Below the pieces are notes generated by a model. That model was not told where the DNA came from, ran no database searches, and saw only the letters and a program-made list of their open reading frames with translations. From positions 24,552,001-24,616,000 of the forward strand of contig CAIIXF020000001.1 of the NCBI GenBank assembly GCA_903813345.2: a stretch of 64,000 nucleotides of DNA, in the 5' to 3' direction. Each line of letters begins with the position of its first letter. The first letter of the stretch is position 1. The stretch is from Owenia fusiformis (Eukaryota). Below, piece by piece: positions 10,424 to 24,429 of this stretch. The position numbers and the translations under genes were made by a program.

Positions 10424-13400
10424 TAGACGGATAGGAAGACAGGGTTCCCATGCACCCGAAAGATGTATTTTTTTAATGTACATTTTTGTGATCCTAAAGG
10501 TCCATACTCAAGAATATTGTCCCATGGTATCTATTGGCGGCCATCTTTTCGGCCATCTTGAATTTTTAAAGATTTGATGTTAATTCTCTAAAAGTAGAGT
10601 AACTTCCACAGTTTTGGGAATTGAAAGCTGTAAGTGGTACCAAAATGAAGCTATGACAGTATCCTAAAATATAAGATGCAATGATTATGCAAATCACCTC
10701 ATTTGCATAAAATGTGACATCATCAATCATAAGGTTTGCCTATTTTCAACGTTAACGCACATTACCTTTCCTTCCGAGTGACCAGTCTTGGTTATTCATG
10801 ACCATAAATGATGTTTAACAAATAGATACATTAATTTTGAACATATTTGCAATCGAAAGTTTTCGGAAAACATTGTCAGAAATTAAATTATGACCTTTCA
10901 CATGACTTTATCACTGAAAGGGGGCGTGGCACTTCTTATTCAAAATTTTAAGTCCTATTAAACACTAATGTTGTATCCAAGCAGAAGCTGCTATAGCAGA
11001 CTTACAAGTAACCATAGCATGTAGATAGAGCCCAATGCTGCTTGCTTATTGTTAAACTGTAGGCCAAAGCTTGCATCTTGTATTCATATATTTTTTATTT
11101 TATATATTTTTCATATTTTATATGTTTATATATTTTTGATACAGTCTGATATTAATGATTGTAGGCCAACATAGTTTCAGTAACTGAAAGTGTACTGGTT
11201 GCAAATACATGTAGTGGTCATAATGAAATTGTAATTCTAATATGACATCACAATACAAGTCAGGGTATTCAATAGTCACATATGCAGAAACTCACACATG
11301 AAGATCTAATGATACATGTTACAAGTAGTTAATCATGCCTAAATCAAGGAAACGCAAGATGGATTTTGAAGATAAGCCGGGATCAAACTATGGCCATCCT
11401 CAGCCAAATTGTATTTTGCATGTGAATAACATTCAACATGGCAATTTCACAATGTTCGGTAATGTCAAGGGATCTGCCAAGGATAAACTGGATTATATTC
11501 TTAGTGTGCGTGACAAAATACACTGTGAACCCAATGACTCACCTTTTCGCATGGAGGAAGTGTGCAATTTAATTCCAGAGAGTCTTGCTGATGCTGATTT
11601 GGAAACTCTTGGTTATCACAGAGGGTGCTACCAACTCTTTACTAAAAATCGAGATAGACTGAAGTGTAATACAAGCGTTGCATCTAATGAAGCCTCAACA
11701 TCACGCCCACACTCACCTCGTAGACGATCCTCAGATCAAATGCATCCATTCCCACAAGAATGCATATTTTGCCAAAAACTTGAAATAAAAATTTCTGGAA
11801 AGACAGAGAAGTGCACTAAATTTCCCTTATTCAAGAACAAGGATGGGTCCTTCAGAGAACCTTCTTGGAAAAAGATTGAACATCAAGCATTAGAACTAGG
11901 ATACAATCACTTACATCGATTGGTGCAGGGAGAAGACCTGTTTGCAAGAGAGGCCCAAAGTCATGAGTCCTGTCGCAATAGATTCAGTCTGAAATATAAC
12001 ACATACAAACGTAAACTATGTAGCACTACCATTGATACAGAGCAGGATCAAAAGGCCAATGCACATATGAAGGCTTTTACTGCTGTCCTCAGTTCAATTC
12101 AAAATAAAGTGATTGAAGAGAATGAAGTTGTTCAGCTTGTATCACTACGTCGCCTTTATATTCAAGAGTTGCAGAAAAACGGTTTCCCAAATTCAGATTA
12201 CAGGGGCGAGAAGCTTAAGGCTCGCATTGAAGACCACGAGATATATCAAAAGATAAGCTTTGCAAATGTGAGTCCAGGTGACAAAGGATGCATCAACTAC
12301 AATGTTATCTACAAGAGCAGCCTCACAGTGGTTGATGCCCTTGACAAGGCATATAAGCTCGGATCTGAGGATGAATATAAGGACGTTGCCCTGCTTATTC
12401 GTGGCATCATTCAGCAAGCTTACAAAGATTCAAAGTCATTAGCTTGGCCTCCTTCTGCTGAAGAACTCATTAAGGCTTCAGAAGATATCCTACCACCTAA
12501 CCTCATTAGATTTCTAAATTTTGTTATCGTTGGTGATGGAGATAAAGACCAAATGCACGAAAAGACTAAGCGTATTGTTCTATCCATAGGCCAGGTATGA
12601 TTTTTATCTTAAATTTCTAACAAGGCATTAACATGCAAAAATCACTTCCTGCCATTTGGTACAGACACAATTTGTTACAGACGCCGATCACTTACTGCCA
12701 TTCACAAAAAATTTTAAAAATATGTCACCACCAAGTGGTGACATAAAGAGTAAATGAGTCAAATTGATAATTTATACCATGCAGTCTTGTACTTTTTCAT
12801 ATATGTCTTTCTTTCGGGATATTTGCCGTGCTGTGACACAAGGGGAATGGAAAATGCCAAAACATATCCTTCTGTGTACTACAATACGGCATCTTTATCG
12901 CAGTAGACAGCTGACCACTATTCTAAGTAGGTTAGGTCATTGTGAGACCTATGATTTTGGCTTAGAACTTGAGACTGCATTGGCAAAAGCTCTTGATGAA
13001 GTATCCTCTTCACTCACTCCCCAGATTATTACTGGCGAAAGTAATAAAGTGTTTCATGTTGAATGGGACAACTTAAACAAAATAACAACTAACATCCATG
13101 GTTCAAATGTTGTGAACAGCACTGGGGGAATCATGATACAGGAACTAAAACCTGGTGTAGATACAACTAACCAACAAAGGACACTTCCTCTCTCCAAGCA
13201 GGCAAGGCACATTCCTTGAAAATTAATACACCAGAGACTCTAGCTCCTGTCCACATTTATGGTAGAGTGGGACCTAAATTTCCCGAAGGGTCTGAATTTA
13301 CACCACCCGAGTTGAACAATGAAATCTATGCAAAATGCATTCAAGATTATCGTGTCTGGTCACTTGCGCGAGTGGTTGAGAGTGGTGGTGAGAAGCAACT

Positions 13401-16400
13401 TGTACCAGGTTTTGGTGGCTTTGTCTCAGCTACAGGTGTAACACCTCCTAGAAAGTCAGCTATTGATTATTTCACCCCAATTCACCAATCCTTCACTGAC
13501 TATTCAGTCATCAAAGAGCTACTGAAGCAGTCAGAGGATGCTACGACTGAGGTAGGCCAGGAGTTTGTTCTTAGTACATTCGACCTTGGTGGCTGCATGA
13601 AGGCCCTCCCTCTCATTTGGAAGTTTCCAGAGCAATATAAGAAGCATGTTGTTACCCCTGGGCCATTTCACACTGGGATGAACTATATTAACATGGTAAC
13701 CGGTCACAAATGCATGGGGTCTGGTTATTCTGAAATACTCATGGAAGCAGAACTTGTCACCAGTGGTTCCCTGAATAGTGTACTGAAAGGGAAGGCATAT
13801 GCCAAGGCCATTTTCTGCTTAAAAACAGTTTGTGAAGCTATGGAGCGATTGCTAATAGAGAGATTTAGTGAAGACGAAAGTGTTGATGTTATCAACCCCA
13901 TGGCTCTTTTTGAACTTGTTCAAACCTGTAGCCGTGAGCATCTTGACTTTGCATTGAAAGACCCATCCACTCTGACCATCCTTGAAAAGTATGTCAGCTA
14001 TGAAGACAAAGTGCGTGATGGGCACCTTGGGAAAACTGCCACTTTCTGGATGAGTGTCATAGACCATATCCGCCTCCTTCTAATGCTGCAGTATGCTGTA
14101 AAGACTAACAACCTAGCCTTGTTTCACAAGTGTAATGGTGAAATGGCAGACCTCTTCTTTGCATTTGATGGACCAAATTATTCACGGTAATTTAAATATA
14201 CATAAGTAATTTACAGTTGAAGTAAACCAAAGTATAATTGAATTCATAATATGATCATAAATTAGGTACATGCGTTAACTCATATTTCTCACTAGGTACT
14301 TAGTGTGGCTTGATGTCTTCTTGACAAATATCGACAGGACTCATCCTGGAGCCAAAGAACTACTCAGGAATGGTGGTATTGCAGTGGCACGGTCTCTCAT
14401 TCCAGGATCTCTGAGTGGTGTAGACAAGACAATGGCAGAGACTTTCATTAAATTTGCCAAGTCTACAGGTAAAAAAATAGACCTTGCTTTTTAAAAATAT
14501 CGCAAACTTTCTTTGAGGAATCACAAGTGTATGTGACCACTTGTAACATCGGCATATGCTCTACCACTGAAGCTGCACTTGAGTCCTATCACTACAATAT
14601 ATATGTATTTGCTAGGTGGATTTGTGGGGCTTTTCTCCATGTTTGGTGCTTATGAGTGATGGTGTCGTACAACATCAACCAGGACTCAGTACTTCGAGAA
14701 AATGCTGTGTGTGGCTTAATTGATGATCCAGATTGTCCAAAGGGAGGGCGACATCGTGAATTGGAGCGTTCTGAAATCAAAAAGTCTGAGGAGGCAGTTC
14801 AACGTACTATTAGTGCCATTCTTAGCTTCACAAATCCTTTTACTTTGACTGACAAACACCATCTGTACTGTCTGGCTTCTGGTGCTTACGTTTCTCCGGA
14901 AGTGGAATTTGATGTACTCATTGCTGAAGCAGCTGGAAAGGCAGCAAAGGATGCATTTATTCGTGATCGATTTGTGAATGGTTCTTCGGAGGCACAGTTC
15001 TTTGAGCCAATCAAGAAGCTGAAACTCAAGACAATGGAGGCATCTAGTAAGACAGTCAAGCTTACTGCCCCACAGGGAAAGGTACATTCTCAAATAGCTT
15101 TTAATTAAATATAATCTTCAGATCTTAGCATCTTTACATTAGAGTTAAATATAAGTCTACAACATTCCTATATTATTTCATAGGTAATCCAATACCGTGA
15201 GCAAAGTGACCTCGCCTTCCTACTTCTCATCAAGTCACAGCAGCTAGATGACCCTCTTAACTTTGACAAGTTAATGCAGTATCCCCTAACACCTGTTCCA
15301 CACAGCCTTGGTACCACAGATGGCTTCTTCAATAAGACCAACAAGGCTGCAATACTTCATTGCCTAATGGATGATGCTTCTTCTGATGATGTACAATACC
15401 CAAAGGATGCTATCCATATCCAGGACGGAAATGCTCTCTTCCATGAGCTTACTAACCTTCCCCCAACTTTTGGTGCAATTTGTCTTAAAATGCTTGATCA
15501 GATGGTGGCCAAGAAAGATTTTGTATTTTCAACTGACACATACTATGCTGAATCAATCAAAGCTCAGGAGAGACAGCGTCGTGGCTCATCTCAGAAGTAT
15601 ATTCTAGATGGTTCAGCAACTAGGAAACCTAGTGACTTCAAGGTGTTCTTGGCAAATGAAGACAATAAGACACAGCTCAGTGAACTACTATTACGAGTTT
15701 GCGGAAGCAAGGAAGCAGCATCTCGAGTCGGAAAAAGTAGGAAAGCGGTCATAGTGGTTGGTGGCAAGGCATATGAGCTGAAGTCTTCAGATGGTGAGGT
15801 TAGTGTTTATAAACTTGTGAAATCTAGATATTGTAAGTCATTCTTACAAATGATAACAACAAAGTTTTCAACACTGCTATATTTCAGGTCAACACTTGTG
15901 AAATCAAAGAACTGGCATCAAATCAGGAAGAGACAGATACCCGGGTTGTTATCTACCTCAAGTATGCTATCAAACTAGGGTACAAGTCCGCGGTCGTCAG
16001 AACCCCAGACACTGATATTTCTTCATACTCTTACACCATGCATCCTCCATTGCAATCACCATCTTCCTTGATATTGGAAATGGAAAAAATCGAAAAATTA
16101 TTAACATTACTGAAATAGCAAGTGAACTTGGATCGGATTACTGCACAACGCTTCTCGGTTTATATGTATTCACAGGTGAAGATGTGACAAGCGCCTTTAA
16201 GGGTAAAGGCATGGTTGGACCTCTGAAGAAGCTACAGAGTCACCCAACTTACCACACAGCCTTTAGGTGAGGGCACTTCCTTCATTTAACAATGAAAAAT
16301 AAAACATAACCATTGTTATTTCAATAGGTAGAATTCAGAATGATCTTATAATTATTTTTTCAGGAAACTTGGAAACGAATGGTCTGTATCACAAGACGTT

Positions 16401-17513
16401 ATGAAAGATATTGTGGTATTCACATGTCTCATGTATGGATACCCAAGGGAAAGATCTGTAAATGCTGTACGCAGTCTAATGCTCACTAAGATGGTGGGTG
16501 ATGATCAGTGCCTCACGACAAAATCAAACGTTGACCTATCAAGGCTGCCACCATGCAGAGATAATCTGATACCACATATTGGCCGTGTAAACCACCGTAT
16601 TGCCATATACAAACGTGCTGGCAAACCAAACATTGTTTGCCCTCATCCAGATGATCCTGGACAAGGCTGGGTGAAAAGCAATGGAATCTTGGAGCCACTG
16701 TGGTCATGTGGACCCATCCTCCCCCCATCTCTTATCGAACTGATTGAGGAGACCATAGTGGAAGTAGAGCAACATGAAGAAAAAGGAGAAGATGAATTTG
16801 ATGAGATGCTTGATGAGATGCTTGATGATATGCTGGATGATGACTAGATAACATTTGATATATGCCAAAGGAAAGAATTTGTTTGAAATGATTATAATAA
16901 GCTACTTTCCAAATGTCAAAAGCTATATTTTACAGATGATACATTGATTGTATAATAACATGACTGATTTTCAACAAGAAGTGCCACGCCCCCTTTTCAG
17001 TAGCTTACCATCTGAGGGGTTATAACTTAATTTCTGACAATATTTTTTTATAACTTTCAATTGCAAATATGTTCAAAATTAATATATATTTAGAATCATT
17101 TATGTTCACGAATGACCAAGACTGGTCACTCTGAGGGAAGGGTAATGTGTGTTACCGTATAAAAAAGGCAAAACCTATGATTGATGATGTCACATTTTAT
17201 GCAAATGAGGTAATTTGTATAATTATTGTATCTAATAATGTAGGGTATAGTTATAGCTTCATTTTGGTACCATTTACAGCTTTCAATTCTCAAAACTGTG
17301 GAAGTTATTCTACTTTGATAGAATTAATATCAACTCTGCAAATTCAAGATGGCCGACAAGATGGCCGACAAGATGGCCGCCAATGGATACCATGGGACAA
17401 GATTTCATTCTGGGAACATGCAAAAATCTTTAGTATGGACCTTTAGGATTACAAAAAAGTATAAAAAAATACATCTTTCGGGTGCATGGGAACAATACCT
17501 TCCTACTAGACTA
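10424..17513 (+). mobile_element. Academ (AcademX-type) DNA transposon, full length but decayed, 7090 bp
   Basis: TAG...CTA termini and a 3-bp TSD CAT (10421-10423 and 17514-17516). Imperfect TIRs of ~520-550 bp (10424-~10948 versus ~16966-17513). Internal multi-exon gene with transposase and XPG/FEN1-like motifs. Confidence 0.9.
11335..16847 (+). pseudogene. Academ transposase / XPG-like nuclease polyprotein, multi-exon, disrupted
   Basis: Motifs YHRGCY, CIFC, DLFAREAQSHESC, MPKH..LGHCETY, WDNLN, STFD, GPFHT, FDGPNYSR and NPF..L..LASG. These are followed by XPG/PIN-like DGNA..DTY..SIK..ER, NQEETDTR, TPDTD, FTGEDVTSAFKGKG and LPP..HI.RVN..GW. Lesions: exon-2 acceptor reads CGG instead of CAG (12815-12817), frameshift near 13200-13216, in-frame TGA near 14657 with a frameshift near 14705, and a frameshift near 16020. 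Confidence 0.85.
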
Positions 17514-17691
17514 CATGAGTGTGGACAATTTCTTAAAGCAATGATGAAATGTGTGGACATAGCCCGGCAAAATGGAGGTCTTGGAGGGAAAGTATATTCA
17601 TATTTCGTATTTGAACACTTTGTAATACCGAAATTCGGTAAAATTTTTTGAAGGTGTGTCAATGAACACCTTTAGCTTCAATATTGTAATG

Positions 17692-18015
17692 CATTTTGTT
17701 TACCACCAATGAAGGTGAGCAATACCTCTTGGGTATATCCCGTATATATACGGTCATTATTAACATAATTAGCTTGGAAGATAGAGTCGGAAACCCCTCC
17801 TCAAAGGAGCCCTGTGTTCTTTTATGTGCACCTATACATAGATATCCAAATACACACCACAGCCTTTTGTGCTAGTTGTGGACCACTTAGTAAAACACCG
17901 TGAAGTACTCTACACAAACAAGCAAATTAAGTCTTGCCTGAACAAAGATTGAATCTGGGACCTATTGCGCAAGAGGTACATTGTACCTGTGCTACCACTG
18001 AGCTATACGGATGGA
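17692..18015 (-). mobile_element. tRNA-derived SINE, copy 1 (more diverged)
   Basis: Aligns with 18896-19218 along its length. Minus-strand A-box TAGCTCAGTGG and a degenerate B-box GATTCAATC. Confidence 0.75.
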
Positions 18016-18895
18016 CTGTGAATAAAACTCCCAAAATGGTCAACTCATAGTGTAATTGTTATGAAAATGAAAGTTGAATTCTCCTTCTTTTCTAGTGTTT
18101 TAGGCAAATACAAAACTCCCAGGAACATCCTATGATATACCTGTAATAACTCATCCCTTGTATTCCCAAATTAATGTTACTGTTACAATTTATGAGTGAT
18201 TTATTGATATTTTTCGTGTTGTGATGTAAACATGTGCTAGTGCATCCATATATAAATCATATACATCTCAGCAGCAGTGATTCTACGAACCTCAAATCGA
18301 GTGGTAGTATTTTGACACACAATTAGGATACAAGTTTTGATTTTGAATTTTCTGGAGAGGTTTTCGGAACATTTGTCTTAACCTTTTTGATTCCTCTCAT
18401 GAAAATCTGATCACTAAGACCAGAATCTTTGTTTCCCACTTTCCTTGTTATAATTCATATTTCCTACATCTGGAATAGTTAAGTTATTACATGAGAATTT
18501 ATTTTACAGTTTCATGTAGAATATATTCTATATTTACTCATTTTTCTTTAGTCAATTATGTGAAAATAAATGTATTTAACAATGTTAAAAATTTTGCATT
18601 CCTGATTTGTATTACCTGATTAGAATGTGTGTCATTTAAGTTTTTCATCTACAGGTTAGTTGGATATGAATGTTACCACTAGTAATTGATCAGCTGATTA
18701 CAAACCAGTAACAATGTAATTAAAATCAAATGGAAAAATAAGAAATAAGGGCAACTGGAAAAAGCATTAAAATTGACAATGAAGAACATCCCAGTCTCAC
18801 AGAATCAAATAAATCAGAAGATAAAGTAAAATTGCTGACCCAAAATAAATGTGAAAATGAAATGGCCATGAAAAATACACAGGAATGTAATTTTT

Positions 18896-19218
18896 GTTTT
18901 GTATTGTATTTTGTTTACCACCAATGAAGGTGAGCAATACCTCTTGGGTATGTCCCGTATATATACGGTCGTAATTTACGTAATTAACATGGAAGATAGA
19001 CCCAACCTCCTTGAAGGAGCCCTGTGTTCTTTTATGTGCACTTATACATAGACATACAAGTACACACCATAGCCTTTTGTACGAGTTGCGGACCACTCAG
19101 TCAAATACCCTGAAGTACTTCACGCAAACAAGCAAATTTAGTCTTGCCTGAACCGGGGATCGAATCCGGGACCTATTGCGTAAGAGGTACCTGCGCTACC
19201 GCTGAGCTACACGGGTGG
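18896..19218 (-). mobile_element. tRNA-derived SINE, copy 2
   Basis: The minus-strand head GTGTAGCTCAGCGGTAGCGC...CCGGATTCGATCCCCGG carries Pol III A and B boxes. It has a ~230-bp body shared with copy 1 and an A-rich (ATACA-like) tail. Confidence 0.8.
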
Positions 19219-20026
19219 AGACACATGATTTTGATGATGTACCTCTACCAATGAAATCAAAAATAAAACGAGCTCAAAAAATGAAAACAATGATGATTAC
19301 ACTGATCTAAATCCAACAAATGGGACTGACAATGGAATAAACAACAAAAACAACAATGATTATGTATATTTAAATCCTACAATTTGAAATACATGACAAC
19401 TGCAACAACTACACAGATGATAGAGATGATGCCATCAGAAAAATTTCCGAATCTGGCTGCTTGTCAACCTTCAGGACATTTATTACTTTAGTCAAAGTGT
19501 GCATTGCCAATGGGTAGTGGAGTGGTTTTCATATGATGCTACGCAACAGTTCCTATATAAATATCCAGGTACCGTTACATTTAGGAGGATTGGGTATCGA
19601 CTATTCAAATTGAAATGTTTAAAATCATTGCTATTCATACGTTCTTTCACAAGATTCAACTGTCAACGATGTAATAATGCATCACTACATTGTCCACACA
19701 AGTAAATGTGTTAAAAAATTATATTAGTTGGACTAAACACTGTTTGAAGGGATATTAAGTAATAATTTAAAATGTTAGTGATGTATGATGATAAACAATA
19801 CATCTAACTAATATTTAATTAAAAATAATGTGAGATAACCCTACAAGCAGTGAAAACAATCTGAATTTTCAAAAAACTCACATGGTTTTGCAACTTTAAC
19901 TTACAAGATCTCAACAGTTAATATAATGCTCAATATTCTTGTTCTAACTTATAGTTTAACAGGGTTTTACAGGGTGTCGGTTTTGGTGAGAAATTTTTAT
20001 TTCTCGATTTACATGTACTTATAATT

Positions 20027-20675
20027 GCTTCCTAGTCAACTCGTACCCAAGACAACTCGTACCCAAGACAACTTGTACCCAAGACAACTCGTACCCAAGA
20101 CAACTCGTACCCAAGATTATTTTCAGTATTATGGGTGCATATTAGAGAAAAATTCAGTTTGTAATGCTTTCATGTTATAATGTGAATCAAATAAGCCTCA
20201 ATATTTTTTTGAATTTAGAAGAGATTTTTTCTCAATGGATCAGTAAAGCATTTTTTTATTAAATAAAAGAAGTGCTTGAAGCGCTTGTTCTCAACATTTT
20301 TTTGTCAAACATATATATAAATAAATATAATTACAACATTAGATCTGACACTTGTTCCAAACACTCATAAACATACAATATTTTGAAAAATGATTATGAA
20401 TATGTGGAATAAACATATGTCTCTTCACTCGGACATCCTGAATCTGTGACCAATATAAAATAAAAGTCAATATAAATTGACACTCAGCTCAAAATATCAC
20501 AAAATTAAATCAATTTCTTCCAAAAAATTTTCTTCAAACTTTAAACTATTCTGAACAGTCTCGTATGTTACAATTATAATATGTATATCTATTCACATTC
20601 CCAGTCCATTGCTTGATTCAAAACAAAATATATACTTGGGTACGAGTTGTCTTGGGTATGAGTTGACCAGTTACC
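20027..20675. mobile_element. Mutator/foldback-type MITE with 16-bp subterminal tandem repeats
   Basis: Five copies of CAACTCGTACCCAAGA on the left and two inverted copies on the right. 9-bp direct flanks CTTATAATT at 20018-20026 and 20676-20684. Confidence 0.7.
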
Positions 20676-21588
20676 CTTATAATTGACATTGTGGATAATA
20701 ATTAATGGCCCAAAGTTTGAGGAAGATATTAAATGCTCTCCCCTCCAAACCATTCCCTTGAAGAATCATCTCGCTATCTCACCAAGCCTTCTGTCAGTGT
20801 CGCAAGGGCCCAGGACCCTAAACCCCCAATATTAAAACCAGTTAAATCCAGCAAAAAGCACAGGACAAAGAGTGAAGAACTGAAGTTCAAAATGAAAGTT
20901 AAAAAAATCTGAAAACATGGGATAAGATTCTAGGAAAAGCAACTAAGGTAAACTCAAATGAAAGTCTGGAGGAAGAGTTAGACCAAACAGTAGTTGAGGT
21001 TCCTATAATGGGTGATCAGGCTATCCCATCTACCTCTTGTGCTTCAAATGACCAAAGTGATAACAAAAACTAAGCTCTTTCAGGTAGAGATAACAACCAA
21101 GATGTACTGCTGGACCTATCTATGACACTGGACCTGTATATGACAATTCCAGGAAACAAAGAAACAGACACTAGAACAGTTGTGTATATATCTGTCAAGG
21201 AGCTATCCATGACCACTTAACCATGCTCCTTTAACACAGACATTTATTAAGGATCAGTGACTCTGCAAGCAGTGTTATGTGAACATTCAACTTTATAGCA
21301 GTATTATGTGAACATTCATTTATAGACACTTGCTGCTATACTAGTACAGTACATGTATATTAAAGTATTTTTGTATCAATGACTGATACAGTATAACAGT
21401 ATTGACATTTAACATGTAAACACTACTGCTATGTAAAGCATTTTTGTAAATAAGTTCAAATAGCTAGTCTTTAGTATAGTCAACTTTGTTTTTTATACTT
21501 TTATAAGAAATGAGTCATGTAATTCAAAGAAAAGTTATGTAAGTAATACTTCAATTTTTTCTTGAATTTTATATATGACTTATTAATA

Positions 21589-22297
21589 CGAGGGTTGTCC
21601 CAGAAGTAATGCACTATATGCTCTAACTTTCTTCAATATTCTTTAATTCAGCTGAAATTTGGTGTATATACCAATTGAAGTTTTATTTGTTATATCTTGA
21701 AGTTTCAGCATCACACATTAAAATAAGTCTTAAAATTGTTGCTATTAGCAACACGGTGGTAGGGGTGGGCGGGGTAAGTACCAATTTTCTAATTATTAAA
21801 AGCTCCAAAATGTTATTTATTATTTCTTTCTTTTAAATGATAAAAATGTTTTGGAAATTACTAAATTTGTTCAGCATTATGTTCATCAAGTACAAATAAT
21901 AACATTTAGCACTGTGAAGTCATGATACAACAGCTCAATAGTCACAAATTCAAATTCAGTCACAGTCAATAAGTTGCAAAAATGGCTGCAATTCTCACCT
22001 GATTACAGAAGGCCTTGTGTTTGGTGGCCCAATTTCATGCTTCACTTGGACTCACGGCCACACAACTTTATGCTACCATGAAGAAAGTATAAAAGGAGTA
22101 TACAACAGATAGAACTACAATTGTTGGGTGGCAGAAAAGATTTAAAAGTGATGACTGGACCCTGGATGACACCTCCAAGTCATGGTTGAAGAAATTGCTA
22201 AGAGTGTTCGACCTGACAGGCATCAAAAGTACAGAACATGCAAAGGCCAATAATTTGAGAAAATATGAAATGGGACACTGTGCAAAATGCATCCATT
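21589..22297 (+). mobile_element. Truncated mariner-derived element (same family as 36214-37032, opposite orientation)
   Basis: Terminus TA|CGAGGGTTGTCCCAGAAGTAATGCACT. Contains a mariner N-terminal HTH remnant (SLGLTATQLYATMKKV*...RTTIVGWQKRFKSDDWTLDD, ~22030-22175). The second TIR was not found; LINE sequence begins near 22300. Confidence 0.75.
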
Positions 22298-22299
22298 AA

Positions 22300-22824
22300 G
22301 ACATTCGCTTTTAAACATTAATGATATTGATATATGTGCAATATCTGAACATAAACTATTTAATGATAACATGTTCTTTGCTGACAGCATTAACAGAGAT
22401 TATGACTCTTTTCCCGATCAGATGATTCATTGAATCCGTACTATTCTCACAGAAGGGGAAGGTATCAATGATTTGGAAATGCAAATTGCAACTTCAGGTG
22501 AAAAAAAAAAATAACATAACAATTGACAGGATAGTAGGTATAGAGGTTACTGTTTACAGAAATAAACGTATCTATATATTTTCTGTATACTTACCAGCAA
22601 GCAATTATTCCCTTAACACTTATATTGAGTACCTAGAAAACCTACGAGACATATTATTCATCATCAGGGGGTGTTTTTATTCTCGGAGATTATAATGCTC
22701 ATATCAATGGCCCAAGACTTGTTAAGAATAGACTCAACGAGCATTTTGCTCAATGATTATTTAACTGAATTATGCATGCAATCGATAATTGTAGACTCAA
22801 AATGCAAAGGCCCAGCCTTCACAT
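22300..22824 (+). pseudogene. Old non-LTR retrotransposon APE endonuclease remnant, 5' part (interrupted by Sola1)
   Basis: Frameshifted motifs DIDICAISEHKL, DRIVGIE, IFSVYLPAS and GDYNAHI, typical of LINE apurinic endonuclease domains. Confidence 0.75.
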
Positions 22825-23081
22825 CGTCGCATGAGAATAACTTTGTACTAACTGCCATTTTTATAAAAAATGAGATGAACATGGAATTTTACCATTCAGA
22901 ACATGGGCTTTCATCTCAGGTACATGCCCCATGACAACTCTCTTTAAATTAGCTAGAATTCAGTCCTAAATTGTACTATCTCCAGGAAAATCTCTAAAAT
23001 GTAGTTTAGAATTGTCATATCTGAGTAGACTGTTTCAACCAATCAAGTCTCTTAGAACTAGTCATGTTACACAAGGACAAA

Positions 23082-24040
23082 ATGGTGGATTCATGTGGTT
23101 TTGGTAAGTTTTGTTCAGTTTAGTTTGATTATATATTCATTTATTAGACAGGTTTTGTCAAGAATTAAACTATTACATATTCATCTACTTGTCTTCCCAA
23201 ATGAGTATAAACATTGCTGAACTTTCCATATTTCTTAAGTTTTCTTCATAAAATAGATAAATTTGGAGATGATACAATTTCATACTAAAACACAATATTC
23301 CAATGTGCATGTTATTTGTATCTAAAAAAATGAAAAGAAACATTTTTGTTTGCACTAAAATATTTCTGCACATTTCAGATGATGTCCCTGATGAGATAAT
23401 TCATCAAATTTCCAGCTATCTAGATCTACCAACTCTAACTACAACCATCTCACTTGTGAACAAAAGATGGAACTATATTGTGGAAAATAACAATAAGCTG
23501 TGGGAAACATTTTCATTCTCATATCCTATTAATCTTGATGAAAGAGCCCTCCAGAAGATCTACAAACATTGCAATTTCTTCACAACATTTCTAGGCGGAA
23601 ATGCAGAGATAACAATAAATGCACCGCTTCAAGACTTGTACTTCAACAATATATTTAGTTGCGCAAAAAACATTGTATATTTAGAACTTGACAATACTGA
23701 AGTATCCTCATTGTTTGCATTGAAGTATCTTAAGTCGCTGGAAATACTATCACTTAACCATTGCATCAACATTCAGAACTGTGATATTGAGGTACTAGAA
23801 CAATTACAGAATATAGAGCAACTTTATATAATGCACACAAGTATCTCGGCACGTGCAATCTGTGACGTGTTTAAGGAAGGAAGAAGTAAACTATTTGTGT
23901 TAGATCTCCAAGGCACAGAGTTCATTTACTCGGAGATATTAACAGTATTGAGGATACTACCAAATCTCAACTTCTTTGGATTATCACTGTTTGAAACAAT
24001 AAGCTTGGCAAATTTTGACTCGACTTTCAGACCAAAGTAA
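23082..24040 (+). CDS. F-box/leucine-rich-repeat protein inside the Sola1 element (exons 23082-23103 and 23379-24040)
   Basis: F-box consensus VPDEIIHQISSYLDLPTL...SLVNKRW followed by several LxxLxL repeats (LKSLEILSLNHC, LQNIEQLYIMHT, KLFVLDLQGT, LPNLNFFGL). The micro-exon ATGGTGGATTCATGTGGTTTTG|GTAAGT splices in phase 1 to TTTCAG|ATGATGTC. A CCAAT box lies at about 23039. Confidence 0.75.
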
Positions 24041-24429
24041 AATACTTTTTAGTATTATTCTTGTTATATTGCAATGCTCCCAATGTCAGGTTTAATCACA
24101 ATTAGTATATCAGCAAGATCATCTAATAATATGCATGTTAATTGAGCTTTAGGTCAACCTAATCTAAAATATTGGATAATTCAAGAAATTAAGTGACTTT
24201 TGTCAGTTTTCTCTGTATAATCCTATGGTATTTAGCATAATCATACTAATGCTGCAATCTTTTTTATTTATCTATTAAGCAAATGGTTAATTTAAAATAA
24301 ATATGGTTTTGCTGTTCTTAATTGCAGATACTGTGACTGCGAGTTTAAACTCTTCTGAACAACAGACAATGGATATGCAAGACTGTAGCTACAGTAGCTT
24401 TGTACTTGCCATAAATAGGGCTGTGGAGT

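Noticed and set aside
19140-19218. Possible tRNA gene (also 17930-18015, 41095-41170 and ~8115-8135)
   Set aside because: A and B boxes are present, but I could not fold a convincing cloverleaf. The first two are attached to a shared SINE body and the others are fragments.
20037-20116. CRISPR-like short direct repeats (also 38330-38430 and 62965-63170)
   Set aside because: The repeats are contiguous with no unique spacers, there are no cas genes, and the context is eukaryotic.
24037-24328. Splicing of the F-box exon onto the transposase to make one fusion protein
   Set aside because: The only donor-like site at the end of the F-box frame (AA|GTAAAA at 24037) is phase 2, whereas the 24328 acceptor needs phase 1.
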